Assembly (NCBI GenBank): GCA_017936845.1
Contig: JAGBES010000018.1
Coordinates: forward strand, 92 to 64,091
Length of the DNA stretch: 64,000 nt
Source: Bacilli bacterium
Lineage (GTDB): Bacteria > Bacillota_I > Bacilli_A > RF39 > UBA660
Direction: 5' to 3'
This document shows positions 43,226 to 54,098 of this stretch, one piece after another (position 1 is the first letter of the stretch; every line of letters starts with the position of its first letter). Both the position numbers and the translations under genes were made by a program. The notes beneath the pieces were generated by a model. That model was not told the origin of the DNA, ran no database searches, and was given only the letters and a program-made list of their open reading frames with translations.

Positions 43226-45781
43226 CTACTCTCTTTTAAGGGCTATTGCTAGTGGAATTTTATTTAGTACTCTTTTAGAAATATTAATTGCTATATAATA
43301 AGCTATTAAAAGTCCTAAAAGTCCTATAAATGATATTAGTGGATCTGCTTCTATTGGAATAGTAATTCCAATATCACCAACTAAAGCCTCTACTATTAAT
43401 TTTAATATTTTTATCATGACTGGTATTGAAAGTAAATAAGCTACTATAATAAATGGAGTATAAATATTAAGTACAATTTTACTTATTCTTTTATTATCAT
43501 ATCCTAATACTTTCATTAAAGATATTGTCTTTTTATTTTCTTCTACTACGATATTTGCTATTACAGCTATTATAATTAAAGCCATTACTGATGCGAATAA
43601 TATTACAATATAAACACTTCCATTAAATCTATCCATTTGTGTTTTTATATTATCTTTTAAATCTTCAACACTTAATAAATATGTAATTGCTTTAGCTTCT
43701 TCTTCGTCTAATTCTTCCATATTACTATATTTATCATTATTAGAATAAATAGTCGAATAAGAGTTTTCTTTTATATTAATTTTCTTAGCTAAAGAACTTC
43801 TACTTACATAAGCTGTAATTCCCATATATTCTTCATTAAAATCTACTATTTCATATTCAAATTCTAAATCTTGATATTTTAGTTTTATTTTATCTCCTAC
43901 TTCAAGATTTAATGTTTCTTTAGCATTTTCACTTAATATTGCCTTATTATCATCTTCTAATTTATCAATAATATTTTTTTTATCTTTATTTAAAACTTTT
44001 GTATATTTAGAATCTAAATCTATACCATTTATACTTAAATTTGTATCTTCATCAACTTTTTTAGTTTTTGAATCTTTACTTTCTATTTTATCAATTGGAA
44101 CTATTACATTTAAGATATAATCAGAATACTCATCTTTTTCTTCATATTCATATATTCCATTAAAATAAGCTATATATTTAAAATCCATTCCTTCAAAAGA
44201 TTTATCTATCATATTATTAAATAAATTCATTCCTATAAGAATTAATGTTATTAAAAGTCCTGTACAGAATGATGTAATTGTTACTATAAATAATTTACCT
44301 AAAGAACGGAATGCTAATGAATATTTAAATCTACTATTAAATGGTAATAATCTTGTTATTTTATTTACTAATTTACTAAAAACATTAACTTTTAAATTAC
44401 TTCCTTCTTTTAATAGTGAAAGTGGTTTTTTTCTTAGCATTATAATAGCAATCAAGTAACTTAATAATGACAATACTATCATTGGAACAAAGATTGATGT
44501 TTTTAAGTATTCAAAACTTATACTATAATTAGAAAGTGGAACAGAATAATAACTTCTTAAGATTCCAGCAATTGGTGAATGAACAAGTATTCCTATTACA
44601 TATCCTAATACTCCACCTATTAAAGATCCTAAAATTGGATAAACTAAATAACTAGTTGCAATACTAAAACGATTATATCCTAAAGATTTTAAAACTCCTA
44701 TTTGAAGGCGCTCATCTTCTATTCTCTTTTTAGTTATTACTATTATTATAACTACTGATATAGCAAGTAATAAATATAAAAAGTATTCTGCAAATAATCT
44801 ATCAGATGCAAATTCAAGTTGTAAAGCTCCAATTCGCATTATTCTAACAACAGTATTCATATCCATCATAACAGTTTCTTTTTCATTAAATATTTTTAAG
44901 ATTGGATCTGTTATTTCTTTTTTATCATCTTTTTTATCTTCTTCAGTGGATACTGTAATTTCAAATTTTCTATTTGTTTTAAAATTATATTTTATAGCAT
45001 AACTATTATCATTTATTCCTGTTATTTTATCATAATCTTCTTTATACATATAAACAATATTATTGTTTTTTTCATCAAATATAGGCATACTCATTGAAAT
45101 AATAGGATATACATAATCTGGTGCATATGTAAAACCTACTATTTTATATTGTTTATCTGCTATAGTATATTTATCACCTATTTTTAAATTATTTTTTTTA
45201 GCATATCCTTCTAATATAGTTACTTCATTAGCACGTTCTGGTAACTTACCTTCTAATAAATATACTTTATTTATTTTTTTATCTTTATTATAAGGCAATA
45301 CCTTTAACAATTTATTTTTATCTTGAACTATTTTTGAATATTCTTTTTCATAATAAAAATCATATTTTTCTTTAATACTATCTAATTTTTTTCTTTCAAT
45401 TATATCAAGTGCATCATATTTATCAAATATAGCTTTTGTACTATAAATTATATTAACATCAAAACTAGGATTTTTTAAAAAATTTCTATAAACTTCAATT
45501 ATTTTTCTTTCTTCTTCTGTTATATCTTTTAAGCTAGTTTTTAACATATCATCTAGATCACTACTTGTAATATCTTTTGTATAATCAATATTAATTCCTG
45601 CTGATATATCTTCAACATTTTGTTCATCTAAATATGTATAATATTTATCTTCTAATCTATCTATAGCACTATTCATTCCTGTATATACAGCTGTTGAAAG
45701 CATTACCATAAATATTATTCCAAGCATTTGAACTTTTTTCTTTTTAAGTCCTTTTAAGGCATTTAAAAATAGTAGTTTCAT
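43226..45781 (-). CDS. ABC transporter permease with two FtsX-like domains (851 aa)
   Basis: Two 4-TM FtsX/MacB-type modules separated by large extracytoplasmic regions. Flanked by the ATPase genes. Confidence 0.88.
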   Translation of the reverse strand: MKLLFLNALKGLKKKKVQMLGIIFMVMLSTAVYTGMNSAIDRLEDKYYTYLDEQNVEDISAGINIDYTKDITSSDLDDMLKTSLKDITEEERKIIEVYRNFLKNPSFDVNIIYSTKAIFDKYDALDIIERKKLDSIKEKYDFYYEKEYSKIVQDKNKLLKVLPYNKDKKINKVYLLEGKLPERANEVTILEGYAKKNNLKIGDKYTIADKQYKIVGFTYAPDYVYPIISMSMPIFDEKNNNIVYMYKEDYDKITGINDNSYAIKYNFKTNRKFEITVSTEEDKKDDKKEITDPILKIFNEKETVMMDMNTVVRIMRIGALQLEFASDRLFAEYFLYLLLAISVVIIIVITKKRIEDERLQIGVLKSLGYNRFSIATSYLVYPILGSLIGGVLGYVIGILVHSPIAGILRSYYSVPLSNYSISFEYLKTSIFVPMIVLSLLSYLIAIIMLRKKPLSLLKEGSNLKVNVFSKLVNKITRLLPFNSRFKYSLAFRSLGKLFIVTITSFCTGLLITLILIGMNLFNNMIDKSFEGMDFKYIAYFNGIYEYEEKDEYSDYILNVIVPIDKIESKDSKTKKVDEDTNLSINGIDLDSKYTKVLNKDKKNIIDKLEDDNKAILSENAKETLNLEVGDKIKLKYQDLEFEYEIVDFNEEYMGITAYVSRSSLAKKINIKENSYSTIYSNNDKYSNMEELDEEEAKAITYLLSVEDLKDNIKTQMDRFNGSVYIVILFASVMALIIIAVIANIVVEENKKTISLMKVLGYDNKRISKIVLNIYTPFIIVAYLLSIPVMIKILKLIVEALVGDIGITIPIEADPLISFIGLLGLLIAYYIAINISKRVLNKIPLAIALKRE

Positions 45782-46483
45782 TTAAGCCCACCTCAAATCT
45801 TCTGCATCCATTATTGTTTTATTTTTAATAATTTCTTTTATTTCTCCACTATTCATTTTTATAACTGTATTTGCCATATTAGCAATTGATGGATTATGTG
45901 TAACAATAATCATAGTTGTATTATATTTTTTATTTATATCTTGAAGTAGTTTTAAAACATTTTTTCCTGTTTTTTCATCTAAAGCTCCTGTTGGTTCATC
46001 ACAAAATAATACTTTAGGATTTTTAACTAAAGCTCTAGCTATAGCTACTCTTTGCATTTGTCCACCACTTAATCCATATGGATATTTGTTCATATGGGAT
46101 ATTAGACCTACTTCTTTTACAATTTCTTTTAGATCTAGAGGATTTTTTGATAATTCACGTCCTAATTCTATATTTTCTTTTATAGTTAAATTAGGTACTA
46201 AATTATAACTTTGAAAAATAAATCCTAAATTATCTTTTCTATAATTAGTAAGTTCTTTTTCTTTTAATTTATCTATTCTCTCATTATTAAAATAAACTTT
46301 CCCTTTTGTTGGATTATCTATACCTGATAAAATATTTAACATAGTACTTTTACCACTACCACTTGGTCCTAATATAACTACTATCTCACCTTCATTAATC
46401 TCTAAATCTATTTTATTTAAAGCATGATTTTCTGTATCAAAGTTTTTATATATTTTTGATACTTTTTCTAATTTATATAGCAT
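45782..46483 (-). CDS. ABC transporter ATP-binding protein (second copy)
   Basis: Walker A GPSGSGKST, LSGGQMQR, and LFCDEPTGALD. The likely start is MLYKLEK at 46483, after AGGAGAG. The ORF track extends to 46501. Confidence 0.93.
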   Translation of the reverse strand: MLYKLEKVSKIYKNFDTENHALNKIDLEINEGEIVVILGPSGSGKSTMLNILSGIDNPTKGKVYFNNERIDKLKEKELTNYRKDNLGFIFQSYNLVPNLTIKENIELGRELSKNPLDLKEIVKEVGLISHMNKYPYGLSGGQMQRVAIARALVKNPKVLFCDEPTGALDEKTGKNVLKLLQDINKKYNTTMIIVTHNPSIANMANTVIKMNSGEIKEIIKNKTIMDAEDLRWA

Positions 46484-46537
46484 ACTTATCTCTCCTAACA
46501 ATTATATATTATACCATAGTTAATTTATAAATAAATA

Positions 46538-46602
46538 GAGTTTCGAAAATTAAAAAATAATTAGTTGGAGTGCATATTATAATATAAGAAATTTCGAAAC
46601 TC
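46538..46602. promoter_or_regulatory. Inverted repeat with TTCGAA cores in a divergent intergenic region (candidate operator pair or hairpin)
   Basis: GAGTTTCGAAA (46538..46548) and TTTCGAAACTC (46592..46602) are exact reverse complements, separated by about 43 nt. Confidence 0.35.
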
Positions 46603-46762
46603 AAATTAATTTTATAATATCTTTTTTTTTAATTCAAATTAATGTTTTGTTTTTTTTGAATATTATCTTTTTCAAATTTAACTTAATTTTATACAGATTT
46701 AAAATATTTTATAGACTTTACTTTACCAAAATATAATATTATAATAAACTTTAGGTGGGTTT

Positions 46763-47500
46763 ATGGAATTATTTACTAATAAAGATTATATTGAATTAAT
46801 TGTTATTTCTGATTTACATTTATGTAATAAACTTGATAGAATCGATTTAGTTTATAAGACATATGAATATGCCTATAATAATAATATTCATTATATTATT
46901 AATTTAGGTGATTTAATTGACTCTTTTATGCCTCATAATAAAGATAACCTAAAAATTAAAAATATTTATAAACAAATAGATTATGTTATTGATAATTATC
47001 CTTTAAATAATGACATTAAAACATATATTTTATATGGTAATCATGATTATTATCAAATGTATAAACATAATATTGATGTATCTAAACTAATTAGTAATGA
47101 AAGAAATGATTTAATTAATCTAGGATATGGAGAAGCATATTTAAATATATTTGATAATTATATAAAATTATCTCATGATATTCCTTATTTTAAAAACTAC
47201 AAAGAAAATATTGAAACTATAATTAATTTAATTGGACACTATCATAATTTTAAAATTAATAATTATGATAACACTTTATTTATATATGCACCATCACTTT
47301 CTAATTTAAGTCCAAATAATAATTTAATTATTCCTTCTATATTGGATATCAAAATTAGCTTTAATAATCAAATAATATCTAAAGTTAATATTAAAAATAT
47401 TGATTTAGAAAAAAATATAATTAATAGTGAATTTGATATTTGTTTAAACATAAGTAATAAAAGACATATGAAAATAAAAGACCATTTTAAAAGCAATTAA
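46763..47500 (+). CDS. Calcineurin-like metallophosphoesterase
   Basis: Motifs ISDLH, GDLID, GNHD and GHYH in the canonical order. Confidence 0.8.
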   Translation: MELFTNKDYIELIVISDLHLCNKLDRIDLVYKTYEYAYNNNIHYIINLGDLIDSFMPHNKDNLKIKNIYKQIDYVIDNYPLNNDIKTYILYGNHDYYQMYKHNIDVSKLISNERNDLINLGYGEAYLNIFDNYIKLSHDIPYFKNYKENIETIINLIGHYHNFKINNYDNTLFIYAPSLSNLSPNNNLIIPSILDIKISFNNQIISKVNIKNIDLEKNIINSEFDICLNISNKRHMKIKDHFKSN

Positions 47501-47569
47501 TTTTTAATTGCTTCAGAATGTTGACAAATAAATTTTGTTAATAGTCTAAAGTAAGCTTTATGCTTACTT

Positions 47570-48442
47570 TTAAAATTTATCATTTAACTTATCAAGTATT
47601 TTATTTAAAATATCTTCTTCTTCAATTTTAGATATTTCAAAACATTTATTTCCTAAATCTTTAAATGATGCTCCACAGTGATATAATATTTTTTTATCTA
47701 GAATAATAAATCTATCATGAAACATATTTGTAACTTTTAAATCTATATTTATATATTGACTTTTATATTTTATATAATCGTTATTATTATATTTATTTGT
47801 ATATATAATTATATTCTTATTTATTTTAGATAAAATATCTAAAATATTTTTATCTATATAATTGTCTATTATTATAATTTCATTTTTGACTTTATTAAAT
47901 ATATCAATCATTAATGAATACGAATCATATATTTGTCCTTCGAAGAATAAATGATTATTCTTTTCTTTAAAACTATTAAATGTTTCTTCTAGCTTATTTA
48001 TTCTTTCTCTATCTTCTAGTACTAAAGTATTAATATATTTTTGTTCAATAAGATTACTTGATATATATTTTTTCATATTTACAAAGGCATCTATTATATT
48101 CATACTAATTATATCTGCAACAGGTGTTTTAAGAATTGTTGCAAGCATTGCAACTCCTTGCTCAGTAAAAACATTTGGGAGTTTTCTAACACCACCATAA
48201 TTGTTTATATTTGAAGTCCCAATTTGGGACTTCAAGTTTAAATATTCTTCTTTTGTTAGTTGAAACATATATCTTTTCGGGAATTTATTAATATGTCTAT
48301 TTACCGCTTGATTAATTGTTTTTGTACCATTTTTACATTCATATAGAAAAGCCAAATCAGAATCTAACATTACTTGTTTCCCTCTAATTTCATATATCAT
48401 ATTTTCTATTTTTATTTCTTCTTTCAAAAATAATTTATTCAT
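47570..48442 (-). CDS. ORF6N (KilA-N-related) DNA-binding domain protein with an uncharacterised C-terminal domain
   Basis: N-terminal IYEIRGKQVMLDSDLAFLYECKNGTKTINQAVNRHINKFPKRYMFQLTKEEY is typical of ORF6N. The C-terminus has an HDRFIILD...GASFKDLG motif. Confidence 0.65.
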   Translation of the reverse strand: MNKLFLKEEIKIENMIYEIRGKQVMLDSDLAFLYECKNGTKTINQAVNRHINKFPKRYMFQLTKEEYLNLKSQIGTSNINNYGGVRKLPNVFTEQGVAMLATILKTPVADIISMNIIDAFVNMKKYISSNLIEQKYINTLVLEDRERINKLEETFNSFKEKNNHLFFEGQIYDSYSLMIDIFNKVKNEIIIIDNYIDKNILDILSKINKNIIIYTNKYNNNDYIKYKSQYINIDLKVTNMFHDRFIILDKKILYHCGASFKDLGNKCFEISKIEEEDILNKILDKLNDKF

Positions 48443-48558
48443 TTTTACCTTCTTTCGTTATACTAGATTATTAAAGTCTTCTTTCTTAATTATTATATTG
48501 AACAATTGTTTGTTTAACAAGTTTTTTATAGTGAAAAAAGTAGGTATCTTACCTACTT

Positions 48559-51500
48559 TTAAAATAAACTTAATTGACTTGATTCATCCATTCCATCTAG
48601 TATTCCCATTAATCGCATTTTTTCTATTAAAGTCCCAGAAATTTTACAACGTTTTTGTAAATCTTCAATACTTAAGAATGGTTTTTTATTTCTTTCTTCA
48701 ACTATGTTTTTAGCAACTGTATCTCCAAGCCCATCAATAGCATTAAATGGTGGATATATTTCTGTATCATTTTTTGTATTCCAAACAGTTGCTTCACTTT
48801 TATATAAGTCAATATTTATAAATTTAATATTACGTGCTGTAGCTTCAAGTGCTATTTTTAAACTTTCTAGTTGACCTAATTCCTTATTAGTTGCTTCATA
48901 GCCTTTGTTTTGAATTTCAATTATTCTATTTTTTATTGTTGTATAACCTTTTATCATTGCTTCTACATCAACATCTGTTGCTTTACTTGAATACCATGAT
49001 GCATAAAAGTATACTGGCATATGTACTTTATACCAGGCTATTCTAAAAGCACTTATAACGTATGCAGCAGCATGGGCTTTAGGGAACATGTATTTTATTT
49101 TTTGACATGAATCTATATACCACTGTGGTATATTTGCTTCTTCCATGGTTTTAACATGTTCTTTCCATGTTTCTGGATCTTTACTTGCTCTACCTTTACG
49201 AACAAATTCCATTATTTTAAATGCTTTAATGGGTTTTACACCTTTATACATTAAATAAACCATGATATCATCACGACATCCGATAGTTTCACTAAATGGA
49301 ACAATGTTATTACGAATTAATTCTTGGGCATTACCTAACCATACATCTGTACCATGTGAAAGACCTGCTATTTTAACTAGTTCTGCGAAGGTTGTTGGTT
49401 TTGTATCTTCTACTAATTTTATTGTAAATGGAGTTCCAAATTCTGGAATTCCTAATGCTCCTGTATTACACATTATTTGTTCTTTTGTTACTCCTAATTT
49501 TTCTGTTGATGTAAATATACTCATAGTATCTTTATCATCTAAAGGTACTTTCATAATGTCCGTATTTGATTGAAGCTGAATAAGTCTTAGTTGTGTAGGA
49601 TCTGAGTGGCCTAAAATATCTAGTTTTAAAACACATTCTTCTATTGAGTGATAATCAAAATGTGTTGTACGCCAAGCACTTGTTGGATCTTCAGCAGGGA
49701 ATTGAAATGGTGTAAAATCAAAACAATTCATATAATCTGGTATAACAACTATTCCACCTGGATGTTGTCCTGTTGTTCTTTTAACTCCTGTACAACCAGT
49801 TGCTAATCTTTCTACTTCAGCATTACGCATTACAATATTATTATCTTCACAGTATCCTTTTACAAATCCAAATGCTGTTTTTTCAGCTACTGTACCAATT
49901 GTTCCCGCTCTATATACGTTATCAGGTCCAAACAATACTTTTGTATATGCATGTGTACTTGCTTGATTTAAATCTGAAAAGTTAAGGTCAATATCGGGTA
50001 CTTTATCAGCATTAAATCCTAAAAATGTTGCAAATGGCATATCTTGTCCATCTTTAATCATTACTTCACCACAATTTGGACATTTTTTATCTGGTAAATC
50101 AAATCCTGATGAATATTTAGCTCCTAAAGGATTTCCTTCTTCATCATCAAATAAACTTGTTTTACATTTTGGACATCTATAGTGAGCAGCAAGAGGATTT
50201 ACTTCAGTTATTCCCATCATGGTTGCAACAAAGCTTGATCCTACAGATCCACGCGATCCTACTAAGAAACCTTCATCATTAGAGTGTTTAACAAGTCTTT
50301 GGGCAATTAAGTAAATTGGATCAAATCCTGCTCCTATTACTCCACCTAATGATTTTTTTAATTTTTCTTCTAAAGCTTCATCAGTTAATTCTTCTTCACT
50401 TGTTCTTTTTAAATAATTTCTTACTTGATTTAATACAGCATCTTTTCCACTAACAATTACTTCATGTAACTTTTTAAATGATTCTTTTATTAATTCTTCA
50501 TCTTTTAATTCTTTTAAATCATCTTTAATTGAAGTTAAAACAATATCACCATAAAGTTCTGTTCCTAGTCTTTCTTCAATTAAATATGGTAGTTCATCTC
50601 CATACCAATCTCTTGCTTTATCATATACTAAATCTGTTACAACTCTTGGACAATCTAGATAAGATAATCCATCATCACTTTTTACTCGTGGAGAAAATGG
50701 TGTTCCACCAGTATCTGGTATTACTTCTATTTCTTCTACCATATCAAGTACTTTATTTGTATTTTCTACAACTATTTCATAAGCTAAATCATCACTTAAA
50801 AAACTAAAATCATCTAACATTTCTCTTGTTGTTCTAAAGTGTTGGGATGGGATTTCTGTTATTCCTTTTTTAGCTAAAGGATGTCTTCCTCCACCTGGTA
50901 CTTTTTGATTAACAATTATTTTTCTAAATATTTTATCTTCTCTTTTAAAATGATGTACATCTCCAGTTGCTACTATAATTTTTCCTGATTCTTTAGTAGC
51001 ATTTATTATTTTCTTTAAATGTTCTTCTAATTCTTTGTCATCTTTAAAATCACCTAATTGTATTAAATGGTCATATACCTCTTTAGGTTGAACTTCTACA
51101 TAATCATAAAAATTAATTATATTTGTAAGTTCTTCTCCTTCTTTGCTTCTTGCTTCTAGAAATACTTCTGATTCATAACATCCACTACCTATTAATAATC
51201 CTTCTCTAAGTTCATTTAATTTACTTCTAAGTATTCTAGGTGTTTTATAAATATAAACAGTATTAGCAAGAGATATTATTTCAAATAGATTTTTTAATCC
51301 TTTTTTATTTAAAGCAATAGCATTAAAATGATATGTTCTACCAAATTTATGTATTTCATCTTTTGAAATTAATTTATCTAATGATTCTATTGTTTCATAA
51401 TTTAAAGAATCTAGTTTTTTTAACATTTTACTGAATACTAAAGCTGTTCCTTCAGCATCATAATCTGCTCTATGATGTGCATCTTCTTCAAATGGAACAT

Positions 51501-53331
51501 TGTATCTTTTTACTAAAGCTGACAAGCTATGTCTAGCAAAACCTTGATCAAGTGCTCTTGATAGTTCTAATGTATCTATAACGGTATTTTTAAATTCACC
51601 TAAATTATATTTTTTCATAGCCATTTCTATAAATGAAATATCAAATTTAGCATTATGAGCAACCATTGGTAAGTTACCTGTCCACTCTAAGAATTTTTTA
51701 GTTACAGTTTCTTCATCATCACAACCTTTTACCATTTCATCTGTAATACATGTAAGTTCTGTTATTTTATCTGGTATATGTCTTTTAGGATCGATTAACT
51801 GATCAAATCTATCTGTTATAGTTCCGTCTTTTATTTTAACTGCACCAATTTCTATCATTTGATCTGCTCCACCAGCATTAAAACCAGTTGTTTCTGTATC
51901 AAATACAACATATTCTGTTTCTAAAAGTGGAAGATTAGTTGGTCTTACTACAATATTTACAGTATCGTCTACAAGTGTAAGTTCAGTTCCATATAATCCT
52001 TTAAATATTGGTGGATTTTTTTGTTCTTCTTGCTTTTTATTTAATTCTTGTTCTAATTGTTTTTTAATACTTGTATCAGTTTCTTCAGTTATTTTAAGTT
52101 TTAATTCTTCTATTTCTTCTTTTATTTTTTTTCTAATCCCTTTATTATGAGATTTTATTATTCCAAATGATATAGGAAATGCTTGACATCCACTATGATC
52201 GGTTATAGCAACTCCCTTATATCCCATTTTAATTGTTTTTTCTACTAATTCACATGTATGTTTTCCTAAATCTAAATTAGTTATTCCATCCATACCACTC
52301 ATCATTGTATGTGCATGTAATTCTACTCTTTTAATCGGAGCATCATCTATTATTTCTTGTTCTTTAAAACTACTTGTATTTATATCTTTTATTTGTAATG
52401 TTAATTCTTTAGAATATTTATCATCTTTTGTATTACCTTTTATCTTATACCAATTACCTTTTTTTAATTTTTTAATTATTTCGTTAAATTCCTCTTCACT
52501 ATTTATAAATATCTTCCCATATATACTATCTGTTAAATCTGTTAATTTAAGAGTTAAAATTCTAAGACCAGTTTTTGTTTCTAATACATCTACATCTTGA
52601 AACAATTTTGCTTCTATAGTTACTAATTTATTTTCTTCAAATACTGAATCAAGTCTTATAATTTCACTATCTATTATTCTCCCCATAATAACATCAGGAT
52701 TATCTTTTTCTATTATTAATGGAGGTCTTTCATAATCTTTTTTTATATATTTTCTTTTAGTATCTTCTTGTTTTACTACTTCTTGATTTTTATTAAAATC
52801 AATACTTTTTATATTATCTTCTAAATCATGTTTTATTTCTTCCATGATTTTTTCATCATTATTTTTATCTATATCTATTTTTAATTTAAAATTAAAACCA
52901 GCATTTATAAAATCTTCTTCTAATTTTTCTTTTATACTGTTTATTTTCATTTCTTCTGCTTTATTATTTACATTTATTATTAAATCATTATCATATTCTA
53001 TTTTACAATCTTTAAAAGTAGAAATTAATGGTGAATTCAAACTATATTTATCAATAAAATTTAAATAATATTCTTTTATTTTTTCTTCATCTATTTTTTC
53101 TACATTAATTATTACACTTATTTCTTTAAATTCACTATATGTTTTTTTTAAATTATTTGTTAATGTAATATATAAATCATATGGTAAATTAGTAATTAAA
53201 TCTATATAAAACTTATAACTTGTTTTTTCTTTATTTCCAACTATTTTAATTAATTTACCACCATTAAAATATATATATTTATCAGAATCTATATTAATTC
53301 TTTTTAACAATAATTCTAATTTACTATCCAT
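48559..53331 (-). CDS. polC: DNA polymerase III PolC-type alpha subunit
   Basis: PHP motif HAHTMMS. Internal DnaQ-like exonuclease (VVFDTETTG, HNAKFDISF, HRADYDA). Zinc-finger CPKC...CPNC and the polymerase core. Length is 1590 aa. Confidence 0.97.
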   Translation of the reverse strand: MDSKLELLLKRINIDSDKYIYFNGGKLIKIVGNKEKTSYKFYIDLITNLPYDLYITLTNNLKKTYSEFKEISVIINVEKIDEEKIKEYYLNFIDKYSLNSPLISTFKDCKIEYDNDLIINVNNKAEEMKINSIKEKLEEDFINAGFNFKLKIDIDKNNDEKIMEEIKHDLEDNIKSIDFNKNQEVVKQEDTKRKYIKKDYERPPLIIEKDNPDVIMGRIIDSEIIRLDSVFEENKLVTIEAKLFQDVDVLETKTGLRILTLKLTDLTDSIYGKIFINSEEEFNEIIKKLKKGNWYKIKGNTKDDKYSKELTLQIKDINTSSFKEQEIIDDAPIKRVELHAHTMMSGMDGITNLDLGKHTCELVEKTIKMGYKGVAITDHSGCQAFPISFGIIKSHNKGIRKKIKEEIEELKLKITEETDTSIKKQLEQELNKKQEEQKNPPIFKGLYGTELTLVDDTVNIVVRPTNLPLLETEYVVFDTETTGFNAGGADQMIEIGAVKIKDGTITDRFDQLIDPKRHIPDKITELTCITDEMVKGCDDEETVTKKFLEWTGNLPMVAHNAKFDISFIEMAMKKYNLGEFKNTVIDTLELSRALDQGFARHSLSALVKRYNVPFEEDAHHRADYDAEGTALVFSKMLKKLDSLNYETIESLDKLISKDEIHKFGRTYHFNAIALNKKGLKNLFEIISLANTVYIYKTPRILRSKLNELREGLLIGSGCYESEVFLEARSKEGEELTNIINFYDYVEVQPKEVYDHLIQLGDFKDDKELEEHLKKIINATKESGKIIVATGDVHHFKREDKIFRKIIVNQKVPGGGRHPLAKKGITEIPSQHFRTTREMLDDFSFLSDDLAYEIVVENTNKVLDMVEEIEVIPDTGGTPFSPRVKSDDGLSYLDCPRVVTDLVYDKARDWYGDELPYLIEERLGTELYGDIVLTSIKDDLKELKDEELIKESFKKLHEVIVSGKDAVLNQVRNYLKRTSEEELTDEALEEKLKKSLGGVIGAGFDPIYLIAQRLVKHSNDEGFLVGSRGSVGSSFVATMMGITEVNPLAAHYRCPKCKTSLFDDEEGNPLGAKYSSGFDLPDKKCPNCGEVMIKDGQDMPFATFLGFNADKVPDIDLNFSDLNQASTHAYTKVLFGPDNVYRAGTIGTVAEKTAFGFVKGYCEDNNIVMRNAEVERLATGCTGVKRTTGQHPGGIVVIPDYMNCFDFTPFQFPAEDPTSAWRTTHFDYHSIEECVLKLDILGHSDPTQLRLIQLQSNTDIMKVPLDDKDTMSIFTSTEKLGVTKEQIMCNTGALGIPEFGTPFTIKLVEDTKPTTFAELVKIAGLSHGTDVWLGNAQELIRNNIVPFSETIGCRDDIMVYLMYKGVKPIKAFKIMEFVRKGRASKDPETWKEHVKTMEEANIPQWYIDSCQKIKYMFPKAHAAAYVISAFRIAWYKVHMPVYFYASWYSSKATDVDVEAMIKGYTTIKNRIIEIQNKGYEATNKELGQLESLKIALEATARNIKFINIDLYKSEATVWNTKNDTEIYPPFNAIDGLGDTVAKNIVEERNKKPFLSIEDLQKRCKISGTLIEKMRLMGILDGMDESSQLSLF

Positions 53332-53386
53332 ACAACCACCTTATACAATTTTATCAAATTTAGAATAAAAAAAAAAGAAATTAACA

Positions 53387-54061
53387 CTATTTCTTTATTT
53401 TTTTTAATTTACTATAACTATTAATATTTTCTTCTACTTTTTTTAAACAATCTGTATCTTTTATTTTAATTAATTGATTTCTTATATTTTTTAATAATTC
53501 ACATCTTTGATTATATTTCTTTTCATCATATTTTTTTTCTAATTTCTTATCAATTTTATTATTTTTTAAATAATTAGATAATATTTTCAAATCATCAATT
53601 GAAAAATTATGAATTAATTTCTCATTATCATTTATAATTTGGTTAATTCTTATTATTTCATTTTCTGTTATTATATTTGATTTTTCTTTTTCTTCTAATA
53701 TTTTACGTATTTCAAGTTCATCTGATAAATCATTAAGATATCTTTTAGAAAAATCTATATCGCGTTTATGATCATCTTCAATTTTTTTAATTCTTTGATT
53801 ATTTTTATATTCACTATATAGTGTAAAAAATATCATATAATCAGAAACAAGTGAAAATAAAATAAATGGGAGTACTAATTCAGGTATTGTTGATAATCCT
53901 AACATGGTTAATAAACTTATTATTGTTAATAAAACATTTTTTTTATATTCTTTTCTAAATACTTTTTTTCTTTGCTCTTTATTTTTTGTTTTTTCTCTAA
54001 TTATTTCATATGTTTTTTCTTTAGTTTTTTCTAATTCTTCCATTCTTTCTACATTAGTCAT
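53387..54061 (-). CDS. Hypothetical membrane/coiled-coil protein (224 aa)
   Basis: ORF track. Lys/Glu-rich N-terminus, a hydrophobic hairpin, and a coiled-coil C-terminus. Same architecture as the neighbour 54099..54761. Confidence 0.5.
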   Translation of the reverse strand: MTNVERMEELEKTKEKTYEIIREKTKNKEQRKKVFRKEYKKNVLLTIISLLTMLGLSTIPELVLPFILFSLVSDYMIFFTLYSEYKNNQRIKKIEDDHKRDIDFSKRYLNDLSDELEIRKILEEKEKSNIITENEIIRINQIINDNEKLIHNFSIDDLKILSNYLKNNKIDKKLEKKYDEKKYNQRCELLKNIRNQLIKIKDTDCLKKVEENINSYSKLKKIKK

Positions 54062-54098
54062 TAATATTCCTACTTTCTTTTAACTTTTCAAAGTAAAT

